DNA of 64,000 nucleotides from a virus (Duplodnaviria; Heunggongvirae; Uroviricota; Caudoviricetes): IMG/VR virus record IMGVR_UViG_3300050500_000527; one strand, 5' to 3'. Shown piece by piece: positions 60,434 to 64,000 of this stretch (position 1 is its first letter; each line of letters starts with the position of its first letter). The notes under the pieces were generated by a model. It saw only the letters and a program-made list of their open reading frames with translations, ran no database searches and was not told where the DNA came from. The position numbers and the translations under genes were made by a program.

Positions 60434-61738
60434 TTAGGCAACTAATTGCTCAAGTTCGCTAAAGCCTGCCTGAAAATTCAAGCCGTTACGGCCCATTATT
60501 GCATTCGCTACTTCCCGTTGCCAATAATGACCCATTGTCGCCCAATACATCTCACGGCGTTGCTCGCGCAATTGGTCTGGATTATAGTCGACAACTCGCC
60601 CCCGCGAACGAATTTCTAGTGGTCGTTGCGGCGCCACGTCCACCTCGATGGTTTCTGGGTTGGCGCGACCTTGTAGAAAGGGGTGGTTTACGCCTTCCGT
60701 CGTCACAGTAATCATATTAGCCACGCTAAGGATTTCCCGCTCGGCGCCGCTCTCTACATGTAGAGCGAGCGCCGCAAGCTGGTCTAGGCAAGGCGTGCCA
60801 TCAATATAGAAGCAAATAGAGCCCAGGGTGGGGCCGCCCGTGGCCTTCACCGCGATATTAAGGCAACCATGCCCGACCGCGTCAATACTCCGTTGTTTCT
60901 CCACGGCGAAAGTAAGATCTTTGCCCCTCAGCACAACAGCGTCACCGCGAATAAATTTGTTCACGTCTTTCGGACCGATCAGCGAGGCCGCGAAATTCGC
61001 CGCCCGGATCAATTTGCGCCGGTCGCGCTTCTTCTCACGGCGGCTCGAGCGGTCAGAACGAATAGAAGTCCGCCCGTACACCTCCTGGATCAACCGAATG
61101 CGGTATTCCGGCACGGGCAGCGTCGAATCATCCTGGTTCTCCAGCAGCTCGAAGAACGCTTCTTCCTGCTCCCGCGTCCCGACCTTCGTCCCCTGGGCCA
61201 TCCGTTTCATGCGTTGCGCCATCGCCCGGCGCCGCGCCGTATCGGAACACCGCCTTACATAGTTACGGATGAAACGTGGAGATTTGAGGCGCCGAGCCAT
61301 CTTCTTGCCCGGCATCCAGGCCCGCCAGAGCCCAGGGCGGGGTGGCTTGCGATACGCCTTAGCGTAGCCGCCCTCACACATATCGCCGACCGCCCATTCC
61401 GCCAGCCAATAGGCTGCGTCCCGGATTTGTAGCAGGAAGCTGAGCACGGCGGCCCGGATCAGGCCGTGCCGCACTTCGTCGGGCACGCGCGGCCAGAGCT
61501 CGTCCGCATGGGCCAGGAACTGATCAATCATCTTGGGGCGGACATTCTCATTGCTAGTCCTGTCGCCGATGACCGTGATCTCACGCTGATTAAACTGGTC
61601 CACAATACCGGCCAGGAAGCGCCGGTCGCCATAAAGCATCAGCACATAAAAAGAAATAGCGTCGATTTCCATCGACGCCATGCTATCGTCCAATTGGGAT
61701 GCCACCCAGTTGGGCATCCGCTCCCGTTGCGGTTTCAT
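60434..61738 (-). CDS. hypothetical arginine-rich protein (434 aa)
   Basis: Long ORF; basic, helical; no motif recognised. Confidence 0.4.
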   Translation of the reverse strand: MKPQRERMPNWVASQLDDSMASMEIDAISFYVLMLYGDRRFLAGIVDQFNQREITVIGDRTSNENVRPKMIDQFLAHADELWPRVPDEVRHGLIRAAVLSFLLQIRDAAYWLAEWAVGDMCEGGYAKAYRKPPRPGLWRAWMPGKKMARRLKSPRFIRNYVRRCSDTARRRAMAQRMKRMAQGTKVGTREQEEAFFELLENQDDSTLPVPEYRIRLIQEVYGRTSIRSDRSSRREKKRDRRKLIRAANFAASLIGPKDVNKFIRGDAVVLRGKDLTFAVEKQRSIDAVGHGCLNIAVKATGGPTLGSICFYIDGTPCLDQLAALALHVESGAEREILSVANMITVTTEGVNHPFLQGRANPETIEVDVAPQRPLEIRSRGRVVDYNPDQLREQRREMYWATMGHYWQREVANAIMGRNGLNFQAGFSELEQLVA

Positions 61739-62128
61739 TTATCCGCCGCGCCTCTGCTTAACAGCCACTGATGAGCTTTTCGCAACTTCTTTCGGGTCTG
61801 TTGCGCGCTTAACCGTTCGGCCACGTTTAGGGCTCTTAACGATTGCCGCGGCGCCAGTATCAATGAAAGCGGCCAAATCCGCATCATCAATAACCACCGC
61901 GCGATTATTCCGAGCTTGTTCGGGGTCGTTGAGCTTGGTCTTCCGCGGCGGCGCCAGGCCGCCCGCCACTGGCTCCACGATGAAGAATGTGATCCCTTCC
62001 GCCATTTTCTTGGCAATAATGGCTTCGATAACAGCATCGCTTTCTTCCGTCCAGATGATGGTTACGTCACCAGAACGATTAAGCAGGGTGAGGGAACGTT
62101 CCATTAACAGGCTTGCCTTCCGCGACAT
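61739..62128 (-). CDS. hypothetical protein (about 129 aa; ORF extends to 62170)
   Basis: Start uncertain because it overlaps the MazG-like gene. Confidence 0.3.
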   Translation of the reverse strand: MSRKASLLMERSLTLLNRSGDVTIIWTEESDAVIEAIIAKKMAEGITFFIVEPVAGGLAPPRKTKLNDPEQARNNRAVVIDDADLAAFIDTGAAAIVKSPKRGRTVKRATDPKEVAKSSSVAVKQRRGG

Positions 62129-62666
62129 GTTGGTACGACCCGTTCGGAAGTTGCTCCCACTTCCGTGCACGGTTGATCACCATCTTGGCATTAACGGCCG
62201 CTTGCAGATCAATCCCCAATGTTAGGGCTAATCTCTCTAAGAGGAGCAAGGCGTCGGCGATCACTAGCTTCGCGGACGCCGCATAGCTATGCGGGCTGTC
62301 CGTGGTATGGCAAACTGAGGAGAGGTCGTCCAATACGGAAGTAAATCGCCGCTGGAGATTAATGGCCAAGGAGTACTGCGGCACCCGCTCCTGGCCATGC
62401 GGGCCGACCGTCGGGACGCGGGTCGGAACGGTGATGCGATGCACAACGTCCAGTAGGCCCGCAACTTGCCACATCATCACGCCGCAATCTGCGACCTCAT
62501 CGAGGATGGCTTCCATCGGAGCGTCGTTTAGGACCGCGCACATCGCCTCGTTAACTTCCTTAGAGGCGCGCGTGGCGATCTTTAGCGCGGTCCGTTGACC
62601 AAAAGTCTCTCGGGACCAGGCAAGAATGGTGTCAGGTGTTTCGTCGATCAATGCGAGTGCGGTCAT
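62079..62666 (-). CDS. MazG-like nucleoside triphosphate pyrophosphohydrolase (tandem helical domains)
   Basis: ETFGQRTALKIATRASKEVNEAMCAVLND...EAILDEVADCGVMMWQVAGLL and the second half ADALLLLERLALTLGIDLQAAVNAKMVINRAR fit the MazG/HisE glutamate-rich metal-binding helices. Confidence 0.45.
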   Translation of the reverse strand: MTALALIDETPDTILAWSRETFGQRTALKIATRASKEVNEAMCAVLNDAPMEAILDEVADCGVMMWQVAGLLDVVHRITVPTRVPTVGPHGQERVPQYSLAINLQRRFTSVLDDLSSVCHTTDSPHSYAASAKLVIADALLLLERLALTLGIDLQAAVNAKMVINRARKWEQLPNGSYQHVAEGKPVNGTFPHPA

Positions 62667-63027
62667 GATTTTCCCAATATTCTAAGAGCGTATCACAGTG
62701 CTCCAGGCCACATTCCATGCGATTGACCCAATTGCGAGTCAGCCCAAGTTTCTCTGCCAACACCCGTTGCGAAACCCGTGCCCGCGTCCGGAGAATACGG
62801 CACCATTCATGCGGATAGAGCGCCATCCGCCGAACATCGTCCGCCGCCTTTTCTAAAACCTGATAGTGTTCCCGGGAAACGCCCAGGGCGGCAGCGGCAA
62901 CGTGTTGGTCTACGCCCTTTCTAAATCGCTCAATGCGCAGCCGCTCTCCCTTAGAAAGCGCGTAACCTCGCTTTTTGCGGGTGGCATTGCCCTCAGGTAG
63001 TACAAAAGCTCGTCCGCTACCGGGCAT
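62632..63027 (-). CDS. helix-turn-helix (XRE-like) DNA-binding protein; start uncertain (62826, 63027 or 63120)
   Basis: RARVSQRVLAEKLGLTRNWVNRMECG is a classic helix-turn-helix motif; overlaps the VRR-NUC gene in another frame. Confidence 0.35.
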   Translation of the reverse strand: MPGSGRAFVLPEGNATRKKRGYALSKGERLRIERFRKGVDQHVAAAALGVSREHYQVLEKAADDVRRMALYPHEWCRILRTRARVSQRVLAEKLGLTRNWVNRMECGLEHCDTLLEYWENHDRTRIDRRNT

Positions 63028-63383
63028 CCGCGCCAAGACCTTACGGCGGCGCCGAGCACCTCGCTTTTCACTGTCCGGCCCAGCCTGAAGGCTGACCATA
63101 GTCCCGGAAGAAGATGCCATTCTTGCCCTATTCTCGCCATGACATGCACGCGGCCCCCCGCCGCGACGCGCTTATACAGGAACGTCCGTTGCTGCGGTAC
63201 GAATTTCGGGAAGCGCACGATCGTTGTTTCCCGTTTCGGCCACGCCGCCAGCCATTTTAACTCAATCCAGCCCTCTACATAATTAATGTCCGGCATACCG
63301 GGCTGCATTACGTTCTCAACAAACACGCCATGCACCGGCCGGAGCAGTTTTAGGAGGGTAGAGCGGGCAGTATCTTCAGCCAT
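62910..63383 (-). CDS. VRR-NUC / PD-(D/E)xK nuclease domain protein
   Basis: GMPDINYVEGWIELK fits the PD...E-x-K catalytic core typical of VRR-NUC proteins. Confidence 0.4.
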   Translation of the reverse strand: MAEDTARSTLLKLLRPVHGVFVENVMQPGMPDINYVEGWIELKWLAAWPKRETTIVRFPKFVPQQRTFLYKRVAAGGRVHVMARIGQEWHLLPGLWSAFRLGRTVKSEVLGAAVRSWRGCPVADELLYYLRAMPPAKSEVTRFLRESGCALSDLERA

Positions 63384-63868
63384 TCTTCTAACGGATACGC
63401 ATCGCAAATAACATGGGCTTCCTCGTAAAGCTGAGCGGCTTCCTCATAAGAAGCGCACCACCGTTCGTTAAAGCTCAGCGCCAACGCCTCCACGCAAACC
63501 ACGCGCGCAATGCCCGCCTGGATCACTGCCGCCGCGCACTGGCTGCAAGTGCCCGGCCGGAGCGCGGGCGGCCAAACGTAAAGCGTGCACCCACTCGGCC
63601 GCTCCGGCGCGGTTAGAATGGCGTTGAGCTCGGCGTGGACCACGCGGAGGTATTTCCGCTCGCGATTCTCGTAAACCTCTGGGCCGTCGCTGCACCCGCG
63701 CGGAAAGCCGTTAAAGCCCAGGGAGAGCACCGTACAGTCGGGCCGAGCGAGCACGGCGCCGACCTTTGTTGATGGGTCTTTGCTCCAGGTCGACACTAGC
63801 CGCGCTAGGCTAAGCATCCGGAAATCCCACTTCCGGCGCCGATCTTCCCATTCGCCTAAAAGGCTCAT
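63350..63868 (-). CDS. dCMP deaminase (cytidine/deoxycytidylate deaminase zinc-binding family)
   Basis: HAELNAI (H-A-E zinc-ligand motif) and PCSQCAAAVIQAGIARVV (PCxxC motif) about 30 aa apart. Confidence 0.75.
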   Translation of the reverse strand: MSLLGEWEDRRRKWDFRMLSLARLVSTWSKDPSTKVGAVLARPDCTVLSLGFNGFPRGCSDGPEVYENRERKYLRVVHAELNAILTAPERPSGCTLYVWPPALRPGTCSQCAAAVIQAGIARVVCVEALALSFNERWCASYEEAAQLYEEAHVICDAYPLEEWLKILPALPS

Positions 63869-64000
63869 TTAATCTCACCCCAGTTGGGTCCGAGCTCCAC
63901 GTCAACCTTGAACGGCACAGAGGTTCTCACCACGTTCTGCATAATATCCGCAATCGCGCGGCCTTCCGCCGAGTCCATCACCGAACCGTCTAGCTCGTCA
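63868..64000 (-). CDS. DNA polymerase family A, C-terminal fragment (gene continues beyond the window)
   Basis: C-terminus ...VRTSVPFKVDVELGPNWGEIK parallels the Pol I family C-terminal VPLLVEVGSGENW motif; its stop overlaps the ATG of the dCMP deaminase gene (ATGA). Confidence 0.5.

Noticed and set aside
1-64000. CRISPR arrays, rRNA, IS/transposase genes
   Set aside because: No regularly spaced direct repeats with unique spacers, no rRNA-like conserved stretches and no DDE/serine transposase motifs were seen. The only recombinase is the short tyrosine recombinase at 12415-13050.

Overview
The whole 64-kb window is high-GC (~60-65 percent) bacteriophage or prophage DNA. I found no rRNA, no complete tRNA, no CRISPR array and no IS element. 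The window falls into five blocks.

(1) Plus-strand genes 161-4325 are unrecognisable apart from one protein with a twin-arginine export signal.

(2) A minus-strand cassette at 4412-6713 carries an HD-domain small-alarmone-hydrolase-like gene translationally coupled to a 70-aa ORF. It is bracketed by two hairpins that share the core TAGTGGGGG.

(3) A plus-strand early/accessory block at 7082-14512 is a chain of small genes joined by ATGA start/stop overlaps. It includes a lipoprotein, an N4 gp49-like protein, a ParB-like nuclease-domain protein, a LuxR-type helix-turn-helix protein and a short tyrosine recombinase.

(4) A minus-strand packaging block at 14731-25110 reads terminase small subunit, terminase large subunit, six unknown genes, a 787-aa portal-like protein and a proline-rich scaffold-like protein.

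(5) After a central accessory region (27327-33990, plus strand), a long minus-strand block at 34041-64000 is laid out like phage T7. In transcription order it carries the end of a DNA polymerase A, dCMP deaminase, a VRR-NUC nuclease, a MazG-like protein, a T7 gp10-like major capsid protein, tail tubular A- and B-like proteins, internal virion proteins, a 2445-aa giant protein, a lytic transglycosylase, repeat-containing tail fibres and a glycine-rich protein.

The most notable observations are these:
- The giant virion protein appears to carry three enzyme-like modules: a HipA/PI3-4-kinase-like catalytic motif, an HExxH metallopeptidase motif and a C-terminal R-S-E ADP-ribosyltransferase toxin domain.
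- A promoter with a palindromic operator (GGCTTTACTTCTGCGG...TATAG) recurs three times.
- A small cysteine-rich gene is translationally coupled to a putative H-Y-E-class (diphtheria-toxin/DarT-like) ADP-ribosyltransferase, which looks like a toxin-antitoxin or defence pair.
- A phage small alarmone hydrolase is coupled to a 70-aa partner.
- A low-GC 66-aa gene with its own consensus -10 promoter sits antisense inside the structural operon.
- Several small ORFs are missing from the supplied track.
- Several genes carry tandem or dispersed internal repeats.

All functional calls rest on motifs recognised by eye and need confirmation by profile searches.
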